The position numbers were made by a program, and so were the translations under genes. A DNA stretch of 63,894 bases, the filler included, from Basidiobolus ranarum (Eukaryota): NCBI GenBank assembly GCA_040143965.1. It is 27 parts of 27 records of this genome, joined end to end, with 100 filler letters (N's around TTAATTAATTAA, not from the genome) between each part and the next. Parts side by side here need not be neighbours in the genome. Positions count along the whole stretch, not along the records: positions 49,816 to 52,080 come from JASJQH010010433.1; positions 52,181 to 54,444 come from JASJQH010010434.1; positions 54,545 to 56,808 come from JASJQH010010435.1; positions 56,909 to 59,171 come from JASJQH010010436.1; positions 59,272 to 61,533 come from JASJQH010010437.1; positions 61,634 to 63,894 come from JASJQH010010438.1; 21 more parts are not named here. One strand, 5' to 3'. Below, one piece after another: positions 51,021 to 62,775 of this stretch (position 1 is its first letter; each line of letters begins with the position of its first letter). The notes under the pieces are model-generated. The model made no database searches. It saw only the letters and a program-made list of their open reading frames with translations, and was not told the DNA's origin.

Positions 51021-51459
51021 GAAAGAACCCAACTGTTCCATTCAATACATATGACATATGTTGAATGCTCGCACACAAGTGCCTAATGAATCACCACTTG
51101 TATAATATGTTTATCATCCCAAACTTGTGCATAGAAAGTTGTAACAATATTGCTAGCATCTGCATGCTACTTCTGTGAATAAAGTAAGCTTAAGACATGT
51201 TCAAATGATTTTTACTAAAATATTGTAAAATGAAATTGCATGTAACAGTTAATAGTTAATACCAGTACTCCAGTACTCACCAAATCTATGCTTGATGTGA
51301 TATGCAAACTTAGAAAATCTATCTGCCAGAAGACATAAGACAGTAGTATATAACTTGGCATGAATTTTGGAATACCTGTTTAAATATATTTTGATGAAAT
51401 AACCAATCACTATATATTTAAAAATAACCGGGTATTTGAATATCCAAACGTGTGTATGT

Positions 51460-51683
51460 TTCCGCTATTGACAAGAAGGAGTTAGATATCCTCAAGACGC
51501 ATGCCAAATACGCATCCGCTGCTTACTGCCCATGAGCTAAACTAACCAATTAGTCATGTCATGAATACTGCATTGGTAAACTAAACATGATTTCTTACTT
51601 TATTAATGAAGCCTCCGGTATAGCTGATTATATTGGTTATAATAAGGACAAAAAGAAAATCATTATTTCTTTCCGCGGGTATA
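51460..51683 (+). pseudogene. Class 3 lipase N-terminal region, with two stops and a Tc1 insertion
   Basis: Reads HAKYASAAYCP*..LTN*SC...C...GIADYIGY...KKIIISFRG. Confidence 0.85.
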
Positions 51684-51685
51684 TA

Positions 51686-52080
51686 CAGTTGGGGTTAGTA
51701 ATGTTTCGTCCAAAAATTGCAAAAAAAAAGCACAATAAACACTCACTTTTCATGTTCAACTTACTCGTGAACAACATGGACTAACTTCCTAGAATTTTTT
51801 GTACAACAAGTTATACATGTGTATTTTTAGAAAATAAAAAAAAATATTCAATTCAATATTTTGTTGCATTGCCCTTGGCATCTATGACTACCTGGCACCT
51901 TCTCCCCATACTTGCCACTAATCCCGAAGCTAACTCAATCGTCATGTTTTCTCAAACTTTGGTTATAGTTTTCTTCAAGCTTTCAGTATCTTTAATAGTT
52001 GCCTTTAGGCTATGCAACTCATGAGACAGCTCACTCCAAACGTGCTCAATTGGATTCAGATCTGGGCTCTGAGCTGGCCA
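51686..52080 (-). mobile_element. Tc1/mariner element, 3' end (transposase C-terminus 51853-52080)
   Basis: WPAQSPDLNPIEHVWSEL...SMGRRCQVVIDAKGNATKY*. A TA dinucleotide is followed by the CAGT terminus at 51684-51689. Confidence 0.92.
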
Positions 52081-52180
52081 NNNNNNNNNNNNNNNNNNNN
52101 NNNNNNNNNNNNNNNNNNNNNNNNTTAATTAATTAANNNNNNNNNNNNNNNNNNNNNNNNNNNNNNNNNNNNNNNNNNNN

Positions 52181-54444
52181 CTTTGTCATTTGTCAGTAAG
52201 ATTTTCCCATACCCGTTGTGTCTTGGCATCATACCCTTTGTCATTAATCAGTAATCTTTAGTGCTTTCAAGACTCTCTATCAAGTATTTCCGATACCCGT
52301 CGTTTGTAGGCACCAAACCATTCGATATTTGCCAGTAGTCTCTCGAACTGCATAGGCTCTCCTTCAAGTATTTCCCATATCTATCATTTATTGATACAGT
52401 AACCTTTGTCATTTTTCAGTAGTCTTTCGCACTTCGTAGACTCTCTTTTAAGTGTTTCCCATACTGCTCGTTATGTTTTCCAGTACCCTCTAAAACTACG
52501 TAAATTCTCCGTTAAGTGTTCCCATACCCGTTGTTCTTGGCACCAAGCGCATCATCAATTGTCAGTAGTCTTTAGCAAATCTTTACCACTTCGTAGACTC
52601 ATTCTCCTTTTAGTGTCCTCCCAAACCCAACGTTTTGTATGACCATACAGTTTGTCACATATTAGCAGTGTATACCTTTTCGTAGACTTTGCTATCAGTG
52701 TTTCCTATAGTCTCTAGCACTTTATAAACTCTTCATTAAGTGTTTCCCATACCGCTTGGTTCTTGGCACTATAGTTATGTCTTTTGTCAGTAGTCTTACT
52801 CTTTGCCACTTGTCAGTTGTATTTAGCACTTGATAAAATGTGCTTTAAGTGTTTTCCATACCGGTCATTTCTTGGCACCATACCCTTCATCACTTTTCAG
52901 TAGTATTTAGCACTGCCTTGACTTTGCTGGAAATGTTTCCCATACCGTTTGTTTGTTATCACCATACCTTTCGTCTTTTTTCAGTAGTTTTGAGTACTTT
53001 GTAAGCTCTACATTAAGTGTCTCTCGTACCCATCGTCATTTTTAGTAGTCTCTAGCACTGCGTGCATTCTCATTTTAGTGTGTCCCATACCGCTCGCTTT
53101 TTAGCAGAGTAGCAATTTTGCTGTACTATTGTTTCCTCTTCCCGTTGTTTCTTGATACCATACCCTTAGACATTTAACAGTAGTCTTACGCACTTTGTAG
53201 ACTGCTTGAAGTATTTCCCAAACCCGTTGTTTCTAATGTTTCCCATACCGCTTGTTTGTTATGACCATACCTTTCGTCATGTCTCAGTAGTCTTTCGCAC
53301 TTCGCAAACTCTCTTGTAAGTGTTTCCATACTGCTCGTTATATTTTCCCGTAGCCTCCGGCATTAGGTTAACTCTCCTTTAAGTGTTCCCATACCCTTCG
53401 TTGGTCATCACCGTACCCTTTGTCATTTGTCCGTAGTCTTTAGCGATTCTATATCACTTCGTAAACTCATTATCCTTTTAGTGTCCTCCCAAACCCAACG
53501 TTTTGTATGACCATACAGTTAGTCACATATCAGCAGTGTATACCTTTTCGTAGACTTTGCTATCAGTGTTTCCCATAGTCTCTAGCACTTTATAAACTCT
53601 TCTTTAAGCCCTTCCCATACCGGGCGTTTGTTATCACCATACCCTTTGTCTTTTGTCAGTAGGCTTTAGCTCGTAGTGGACTTCGCTATTAGAGTTTCCC
53701 ATACCCGATATAAGTGTTTCCCATACCTGCCGTTGGTTATCACCATACCCTTTGTCAAATGTCAGTAGAATTTATTCTTCGTAGACTCTTCTTTAAGTGT
53801 TTCCCACGCCCAAAGTTTGTTTTCATCATACCCTTTATCATTTGTCAGTTATCTTTAGCACTTTGTAGACTATCCAGTAAGTGTTTCCCCTACCCTTCGT
53901 TTGTTGTCACCTTACTCTTTGTCATTTTTCACCAGTCTTTAGCACTTTATAAACTCTTCTTTAAGGGTTATCCATATCGCTTGGTTCTTGGCACCATGCT
54001 TTTGTCTTTTGTCAATAGGTATTTGCATTTTGTAGCATCTGCATTAAATGTTTACCACCGCTTTGTAGACTCTACTTCAAGCGCTTTCCAAATTCATCGT
54101 TTCTTGGCACCATACTCTTTGTCACTTATCGGTGGTTTTTAGCATTACATAAACTCTTTCCCATACCCGTCATTTCTTGGCACTCTACCATCTGTCGTTT
54201 GTCAGTAGTCTTTAGCACTTCGTACACCCAACCTTAAACATATTCCATACCCATCGTTTCCTGACACCATACCCTTTCTCTTTTTCAGTAGTCCTTAGCG
54301 CTTGGTAGACTATCGCTCTGGTGTTTCCCATCCACATATTCTTTGTCATTTATTAGTAGTCCTTGGGACTTAATAAACTAACTCTACTTTAAGTATTTCG
54401 TAATCGCTATATCTCGACACTACACCCTTCGTCGCTTGTCAGTT
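52181..54444. repeat. Satellite array, 84-bp monomer, diverged, fills the whole contig
   Basis: A TGTTTCCCATAC-like motif recurs at 52285/52369/52453 and 52850/52934/53018. Confidence 0.93.
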
Positions 54445-54639
54445 NNNNNNNNNNNNNNNNNNNNNNNNNNNNNNNNNNNNNNNNNNNNTTAATTAATTAA
54501 NNNNNNNNNNNNNNNNNNNNNNNNNNNNNNNNNNNNNNNNNNNNATATATCCTGCTTAAACAGTTCTAAGATTCTGCACTTAACTGTTTCTTTGGTTCAG
54601 TAAAGTTCAAGACTTTTTATCCACTTTTCTCTTGGACAC

Positions 54640-55378
54640 AACAGGAGCTATTTCTTGGAATTCAATGAAAAACCTACCATGGCACTTTCAACAACAGAAG
54701 TAGAATACATGACTGTCTGTAAAGCAACATAGTCAAGAAAACTCACCAGATTTAGGTTATTCCCAATATTCACCCACCATAATATTTCAAGAGTATCAAA
54801 GTTGTAGCTAATTAGCTAAAAATCCTACAATTTAAAATAGAAGCAATCATATAGATATTAGATATCACTTCATTAGAGAGACTATAGAGAATAAGTTTAA
54901 AGATTTAACTTATTGTTCTACAGAAGACATGATTTCTGATCTATTAACCAAAATATTAGCTGGGCAGAAATTTGAGAAATTAAGACCTTCCTTAGGATTA
55001 GTTGATATGACTATTTAGTTGAGGGAGAGTGTTAAAATTAGTATTGCCTAAGCACCTATATAGTCATATATAGCTTAGTACTTATTAATCTTATATTTCA
55101 CTAAGATATTACCCATTATTCTTGGTTGCAATTTACTTGGCATATTTGCACTAACTTAGAAGTTTTCAGCTATGTTGGTTTTTCAAACTTGTGCTAGAAG
55201 CCCCAAACTTTGCACACATACTCTTGGGACCTTCCATAAAAGATTCTACACTTTAGCTTGATTAAATCTTGACAAAACTATTAATGTCAACTTTCTGCTC
55301 AATAAATCAATAAGTGAAAACCACCAAATATCTCTAATTCTCCAAACCACTTCCATCAGGCTCCCAAATACTTTAACA
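54640..55378 (+). mobile_element. Copia family B 3' end: RNase H remnant, PPT, 3' LTR (55030-55378)
   Basis: ALSTTEVEY and HIDIRYHFIRE remnants; AGTTGAGGGAGAG followed by TGTTAAAATTAG...TTTAACA. Confidence 0.9.
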
Positions 55379-56642
55379 GAAATGACGGATATCTATACTG
55401 ATGTCATTCAAAAACTGAATCCTAATCTGTGGCCAAATAGTTGTATACTGAGGAAATGACATGAGAGATAACTAAATGATTGGAAGTTCAAAACTATTGA
55501 GTAGCTTTTTTCAGACACAACAAATTCCACCCAGCTTTATTGGAACCTATATTAGATTAAGAAAGTTCTGCTCAGTTTTGTACATTGTATCATATGGATT
55601 AAATCAAAACACTTGGTCAAAAATCTCCCCTCATAGAGCTACGAAGCTTGAGTTTGGTCAGATTCAACTTGATATATGACTGACATTGTCAAGTGTGTAC
55701 TTTAATGTGATGATATTCTGAGTACATAGAAATTGTACATCTTGTTGGGAATTCTCAGGAAGAATGGAAGTGAAATGGATTGAGATAAGAAAGTATGATT
55801 TTCACTTATTGGTTGATTAGTTGGAACTTTGGTACTTATACTTTTGTTTAAAATACCATAAAATCATAACGGGATCATGGTGGGTAACATGTCAGGATAC
55901 TGTGTACAAAGTTTGGGTGCTTTAGGATAACTTTTAAATTTCCACTAAATTTCAACATCCTGAATATCATTAATCAGAATCAATTAGATACAAAATCAAT
56001 TCTAACTGCAGAGTTAATTCTCCCAAATTCTAGTATCTGATTTAACTATACACTAAAGGCTGGCTGCACTACTGCGTAACCTGATTTTGACTAATTGAGT
56101 AGCTATATTCCACTTTTACAACATTTTTTTGGACCTCTCACTATTGGCTTTATATTACATTTCCCTAGTTCTTACACTTGACAATCATCCTTTCTTACTC
56201 AACTATTTACAACTCCAAATGTCCATGATTATTAGCTTAGTCATTCAAAAAAAATGATTGTTCTGATAACGTTGATTTTTCATGACCATTAGAGTATCTG
56301 ACAGAAGGAACTGCTACGGGAACTTCAGCAAGTAGTACTGAGGTGAGATGTAGGCCTAATGTGACGTACATACTTGTAAGTATTCATTAATGTCCTTCCG
56401 TACGTATATTCATTGGTATTTATACAGAGATAGGCGGTATATCAAGCTTATAACACTGATTTGGTGATTAAGTAACTCCGACCATAACATCTGCCATTTT
56501 TTAGCGTATAGATTTATCCAATGCTAGTTAAAAAATTGTTACTACTGATGAAGTATATTGCTCAAAAGGTGTTCAAAGGAGTGACACGAACTCACGTAGA
56601 GACTATCGCTTCATTTTTGTGATTTTGATAATTTGAGCACAA

Positions 56643-56740
56643 TCCTAGGGATTCCGTTTGCCAATGTGACTAAACGTTGGTATCCTGCATCACGACTCCA
56701 AGGGACCTGGGAAGGTGAGCGTGACGGTACTCGCTATGGG
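56643..56740 (+). CDS. Possible type-B carboxylesterase N-terminal exon
   Basis: LGIPFANVTKRW.......WEGERDGTRYG followed by a GTAAGT donor site. Confidence 0.5.
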
Positions 56741-56908
56741 TAAGTAGGTTTTGACTTGCGGCCTATTCCATTCTGTCCATTGTCTTACTGATGGTCATTA
56801 TAGTCCGTNNNNNNNNNNNNNNNNNNNNNNNNNNNNNNNNNNNNNNNNNNNNTTAATTAATTAANNNNNNNNNNNNNNNNNNNNNNNNNNNNNNNNNNNN
56901 NNNNNNNN

Positions 56909-59171
56909 ATGTATGTCACCATGACAATCTAGCAGAGCAGAATATGAGTTGGACCATTAAGCCTACACAATGACCCAAAATAGCTAGGGCACACAAAAGT
57001 AGAAATCTCATAGGAAAACCGGCAAACAAAAAGACTCTGAATGTCAGAGCTGCCATCACTTTCTCTGATGATGAGTGGTTTAACATTTTGGAAACTGTGT
57101 GGAATCTTGCCCAAAATCACCTGGATTCAAGCCATTTGTGGAAAAACAACAAACCAGGCATTACTCTGATGGTTCTTGACTTATTTCATGTGGCTTATCC
57201 TGGGTATTTGCAGGCAACTGGCATTTGGACTAGTATAGGCCTACTCATGACACATCTCAGCAATGTATGCAACTATTGACTTGGAAAAGATACAAAAGTA
57301 GCTAAAATGTACTCAAGGAGCAGGAAGTTAGTAAAATTAATATGAATGAGCCAATTGAGATAGGATCAAAGTTTGAATTGATTGGGAAAATGCTTTAAAA
57401 CATCTACATACCATCATATTTTTCCAGGACTCCCATCAATATCTATTTGTCTAGGCATTTATTCAAATGCACAGACTGGAAGTATTGGATTTGTATATAT
57501 TCAAGTAGAATCTTGAAACAATTGCTGCCTGATAAGTGTTGGCAACATTGGGAGTTGTTTGTGAATATTGCTAATATATTCTTATGGCATCAACTCACAT
57601 TGGCAGATCTCAGGCAGATGCAGCAACTATGCAAAGATTTTGTATTTGGATATTAAAAACCTTTTTACTGGTTGAAAGAAGATTGACTGAATATATGCTG
57701 GTATTTAATACATTCCCTGCTGCATCTTTCACAATGCTTAGAGATTATAGGCCCTTGCTATACATTCTAGGAGTTCCCAATGGAGTGCACCTGTGGTGAA
57801 ATGATTCCTGGTACAAGATTGGCAGTATTATTGTATGCTAATCTGATTAACAATGTCTCGGCAAAATCAGTGATGGATGTAATGCAATGGGTTAAGGAGT
57901 CTCCAGAGCATATTGACCTTCTAACAAAGGGCTCTTTTCAATGTACTCATGGCTTTTTGCATTTTTTGAGCAAAATAACAGCCACAAAGCCCAATCCATG
58001 GACACAGAGTAAGTTCCTCTATAACTTGAACTAATTTGTTTGTGTAATAATCTGACCATATTTCTAGGAAAGCTGCAAGACAGACTTCTTAGTGAGATAG
58101 ATCAAGATATGCAGCTTTATTGTTTTAGCCATGGGATAATTAGTTCAAGCAATGACACATCAACTTGTGGCTTGATATTTTTTGACTGCAAGTTGAGGAT
58201 ATATTGGCTGAATTCTTTACAGAAATTTGCCAAAATCCAAGAGCTTATTCTCACTGTGAATGGTAACAAGAGTCAGCTATTTGCCAAGTGTCAGTGCTAT
58301 TCAAAATTTCTGATGTTTAGTAATTCTACCACTGTCAGTTTGCTGGTAAAGCATATTGATGTTGTAGAGTTATGTATGATCAGTCAAGTAAGTGCTTATG
58401 TAAAGACTAAACATAACATGATTCTTGTATTTTTTGATTCTCATTACCCTAAGAAAAATAAAATTGATTAGATCCGGATCAGATCCACCCTCCAAAATAG
58501 CAAAACCATCAGAGAACCGTCACAATATTGTTGGCTTGCATTCTACCAGGGATTTTGATGGTGTGACGGTGGTTTCTTGACAGTATCTTAATGGTATTCA
58601 TACATGTTAAAATATTGATCCTCAACTTTGACATGCGTTATTCAATATCCAGCAATTTTTGCAAAAATATAATTTTCAAATGGCAAATTACTGGGTTTAC
58701 TGTGGTAGGATTTCAAATTAATATGCATGCCTTTATTAAGATATGTTAGGTTTTGTATACCAGCCATAATGAGAATCAAAAAATACAAGAATCTTGTTTT
58801 GTTTAGTCTCTAAATATGCACATACTTGACTGATTAGACATAGCACAACAACATCAATATGCTTTACCAGCAAACTAATGGTGCAAAAATTGCTAAGCAT
58901 CTGGAATTTTGAATAGCACTGACACTTGGCAAATAGCTGACTCTTGTTACCATTCACAATGAGAATAAGCTCTTGGATTTTGGCAAATTTCCATAAAGAA
59001 TTCAGCCAATATATCCCCAACTTGCAGTCAACAAATGTCCTGCCACAAGTAGATGTGTCATTGCTTGAATAGATTACCCCATGGCTAAAATAATAATACT
59101 GCATATCTCCATCTATCTCACCAAGAAGTCTGTCTTGCAGCTTTCCTAAAAATACCGTCAGATTATCACAC
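56909..59171 (+). mobile_element. CACTA-like transposase C-terminal region (DUF4218-like), a terminus at 58447, and an inverted second copy (58765-59171)
   Basis: KCTDWKYW, HWELFV and HSLLHL...GP....FPME motifs. ORFs 58040-58471 (+) and 58736-59104 (-) are homologous. Confidence 0.8.
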
Positions 59172-59444
59172 NNNNNNNNNNNNNNNNNNNNNNNNNNNNN
59201 NNNNNNNNNNNNNNNTTAATTAATTAANNNNNNNNNNNNNNNNNNNNNNNNNNNNNNNNNNNNNNNNNNNNATCATTAGACTCAGTAGGCTTGCCGGCAT
59301 CACGAGTCTCTGAAGACCTGTTAATGTTGCAAATACCTGAGGACTTGCTAGGATTGCGAATTACTGATGACTTGAGAGTCACATAAACCTCCAACGATGT
59401 CTGAGTATCATTGGTCTCTCAAGACTTATGAATATTGTGAGCTG

Positions 59445-59715
59445 TGTTACAGGACAATTGCAGGTTTTCAAGATGCTTTACAGGACCACAACATATTTTC
59501 GGACTAGCGTTATAGGATAGTTGCATGTATTTGGACTAGCGCTACAGGAAAATTACGTGTTTTTGAGCTGCGTTACCGGACATGCATTCCAGGACAATTA
59601 CACGTTATCGAGCTGCCTTACAGGACAATACTATGTTTACAAGTTACATTATAGGACAATTGCATGTTTACGAACAGGATAATACTATGTTTAATGGCTG
59701 TCTTACAGGACAATA
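59445..59715. repeat. Degenerate minisatellite, ~31-bp unit with TTACAGGACAAT core
   Basis: About nine recurrences of ACAGGACAAT-like cores. Confidence 0.75.
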
Positions 59716-60147
59716 TCTTGATAATCCGGGAATCTGGGAATTCGGGAACGCAATAAATTGTTGTACACTAGACAGAAATCAACAGATACTGATTTGGTGT
59801 AATTCAGTGAGGTCGCCACCATCCCCATGAACATCAGATAAACCAAATGTGTGTTTGTAAAGAATTGATCATGAGCTTGTTGACTTATTCCTAATTGTGC
59901 CTGGGCTACAGGGTTACGGAATGACTGAGGAAATGGTTGAGGACACTGGCTGTCGAGAAGTAAGAATATACAAGCATCTGCAATATGATGGCCAATGGAT
60001 AATTCTGCTTAGAATTTGACTCCCTTTTTTAAAGAAACAAGTTTTGAAGCAACGTTGAATTGAGTGCCTCCACAGGCAATATTAATGATCTTGGTTTACT
60101 TAAACTTGGCAAACATCCCTGTTTTGCAAAAGAGTAGGTGGTAATAT

Positions 60148-60465
60148 TGTTGCAATTAGCATTGCCTGAACACCTATATAGTCATATATAGCTTAGCATT
60201 TAGTTTTCTTATATTCATCTAAGAGATTACCCATTATTCTCAATTGGAATTTACTTAGAGGCTTTCAGATATATAAATTCTTCAGACTTGTGCTAGAAGT
60301 CCCAAGCTTTACAGGGACCTCCCTTAACACATTCTACATGTTGGCTTGTTTACATCTTGACCAAGCTATGAATGTCAACTCTATACTTAATGAATCAATA
60401 TTTGAAAACCACCAATTTCTCTGATTCTCCAAACCACTTACAACAGGCTCTCATATACTTTAACA
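60148..60465 (+). mobile_element. Solo LTR of copia family B with 5-bp target-site duplication
   Basis: TG...CA ends flanked by AATAT at 60143-60147 and 60466-60470. Confidence 0.92.
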
Positions 60466-61633
60466 AATATTACATTAGTTAGCTTGGACAATAATATAAT
60501 TTAATTCAAATGACTATACTTGCAAATTTCAATACCCTTAGATATGTAAAGAAATTAAGCTAAGTAATTAGTTTTCAAAGTTAAGTATTAATATATATTC
60601 AACCATATACATCTTAAAAGTATTGTAAGGCCAACTGAAAGCATGTGGATATTGATTGACTATATACTTTAAAACTTAATTTTAACTTGGTCAATGTATA
60701 TTTACTTGTTAAAGTACAACAAATTGAACATATATGAAATGAAATGAAAGTAAATAATCAGCAAAGATTTAAAAATTGCCAAAGGTTACAAATTTAATCA
60801 AGGTGTTACAAGTAAGAAAGTACATGGTAACAATGTTATAAATGATTTCTCTTTCTTACTTGAGTTAAAGGTCAGATCTCTATCCTTTGGAAAATTTAGG
60901 CAAGCCCAATTCTTCTTATATACTAGTAAGTTATATATATAGTGTGAGAAGAGTGTGTATGAAATTGCATACCCCAAACCCCCTATCTTCTTTTTATACT
61001 GGGAGTACTACATTCACAAGACCCCCTCTTTTCATTCTTACCCTTACCAGAACATCTATACCTTAAGACCCAAACTTTGCATACATGTTCCTGGGACCTT
61101 CCTTAACACATTGCAGATGTCTATTTGTTTACATCTTAACAAAACTATAAATTTTAACTTTCAACCCAATAAATCAATAGGTGAAAAGCACCAATTCTTC
61201 TAGTTCTCCAAACCACTTCCAACAAACTCTCAAAACACTTCATCAGCAAGTTCATCTCCTAGTGAAAGATAGCTTATGATAGAATTTTGAAATAAATGGA
61301 CATTAAAGAAAGTATCAGATAATGTGGATGTTTACCAATTCATTGAGCAGGTCACATATATATATAACATTAATTATTTTGATTTTTTATACAATATATA
61401 TGCTACACTCTAATAATCAACCAAATATTGACTGAAATATTGTCCAAGCTTTTGAGTCACTGGGTCAACATACTTGAGGACATCGTAAAGATCGACATGT
61501 GATGCTCCAGAGACGAGGAAAAGTTCTTTAGGTNNNNNNNNNNNNNNNNNNNNNNNNNNNNNNNNNNNNNNNNNNNNTTAATTAATTAANNNNNNNNNNN
61601 NNNNNNNNNNNNNNNNNNNNNNNNNNNNNNNNN

Positions 61634-61911
61634 TTGCTGATATATTAACCAAACCATTAGCTAGACAGAAATTTGAGAAATTTAGACCTTTATTAGGATT
61701 AGTTTATACAACTATTTAGTTGAGGGAGAGTGTTGAAATTAGCAGTGCCTAAGCATCTATATAGTCATATATATGCATTTTATCTGTCAGTTTGTCTACA
61801 TCTTGACAATACTATAAATGTCTACTGAACACTCAATACTCAATAAGTGAAAGCCACCAATTTCTATAATTCTCCAAATCACTTCCCACAGGCTCCCAAA
61901 ATTCTTTAACA
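61634..61911 (+). mobile_element. Copia family B 3' end with internally deleted LTR (61731-61911)
   Basis: ADILTKPL remnant, PPT AGTTGAGGGAGAG, and TGTTGAAATTAG...TTTAACA. Confidence 0.88.
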
Positions 61912-62701
61912 GTAACTGAGCTGAAGACACTTCTGGAGGTATGTGGCATCATAAGTATTAAGATTTCCACAGAGAGAATATGCTGGTAAGAATTAGAAAA
62001 TGACAAAGATTTGAAACATTGCTCTTGTCAGTGGTGTGATGATGTTTGAAGGTTATACAGGCATAGTGATATAACTGGATCAATGGATGGCAACAAGAGA
62101 TTCTTACTTGATGTAGTATTCATCAGAGGACTATGCTCTGGTTAGACGTTCATATGAATGCAACTATCCAATGTATGAATATTTATGCAAATTAAGCAGT
62201 TTTATACCGAAAGAAACAAAAAGATGTTTTCGTATTGCTAACAGGATTCACGAAGTTATTTCTGCTAATTCAATATCCACACATACTAATTAATCAAAGT
62301 AGCAATATATATATATATGATATCCAGTTGGTTTGATGCAGGTTGTTGCATTAATGAATGATCAGTTCTGAGTGCGACTAAGAGATGAATATTACGTCAC
62401 AGACTATCATCCAGGTCCAAAGAGTAAATCGAGAGTGACTTGAACACTAAGCAAGGCATCCGATACTGATGTATTTGAAGTAGTCATCTAATGGAAACCA
62501 AATAAATCACACGTTATTACCAAGTGCCATGGTGATTATGTAGGCAACCATGGTGCTGTGAAAATAACTAAACGAATTTCCATTTTACTTTACTACTGCT
62601 CAAAATTCAGTACACATAGGAGTGCTTATTTGCCAGTACAAAGGATACAAGACACTGATGGAATTAAAACAACCATCTAACGAAAACTAAATAAATCACT
62701 A

Positions 62702-62775
62702 AGACAAAAGAGTGAATCAAATAGAGAGTAGTCTGAATAGACAAAAGAGTGAATCGAATAGAGAGTAGTCTGAAT
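62702..62775. repeat. 37-bp tandem duplication
   Basis: AGACAAAAGAGTGAATC(A/G)AATAGAGAGTAGTCTGAAT occurs twice. Confidence 0.9.

Noticed and set aside
52181-54444. CRISPR array, or the hydrophobic ORF 53714-54142 as a membrane protein
   Set aside because: Whole monomers are homologous with no unique spacers, and there are no cas genes. The ORF is a chance reading of T-rich satellite.
2280-61633. Regularly spaced TTAATTAATTAA motif as a biological repeat
   Set aside because: It is always embedded in N-runs and is a six-frame-stop linker added when contigs were concatenated.
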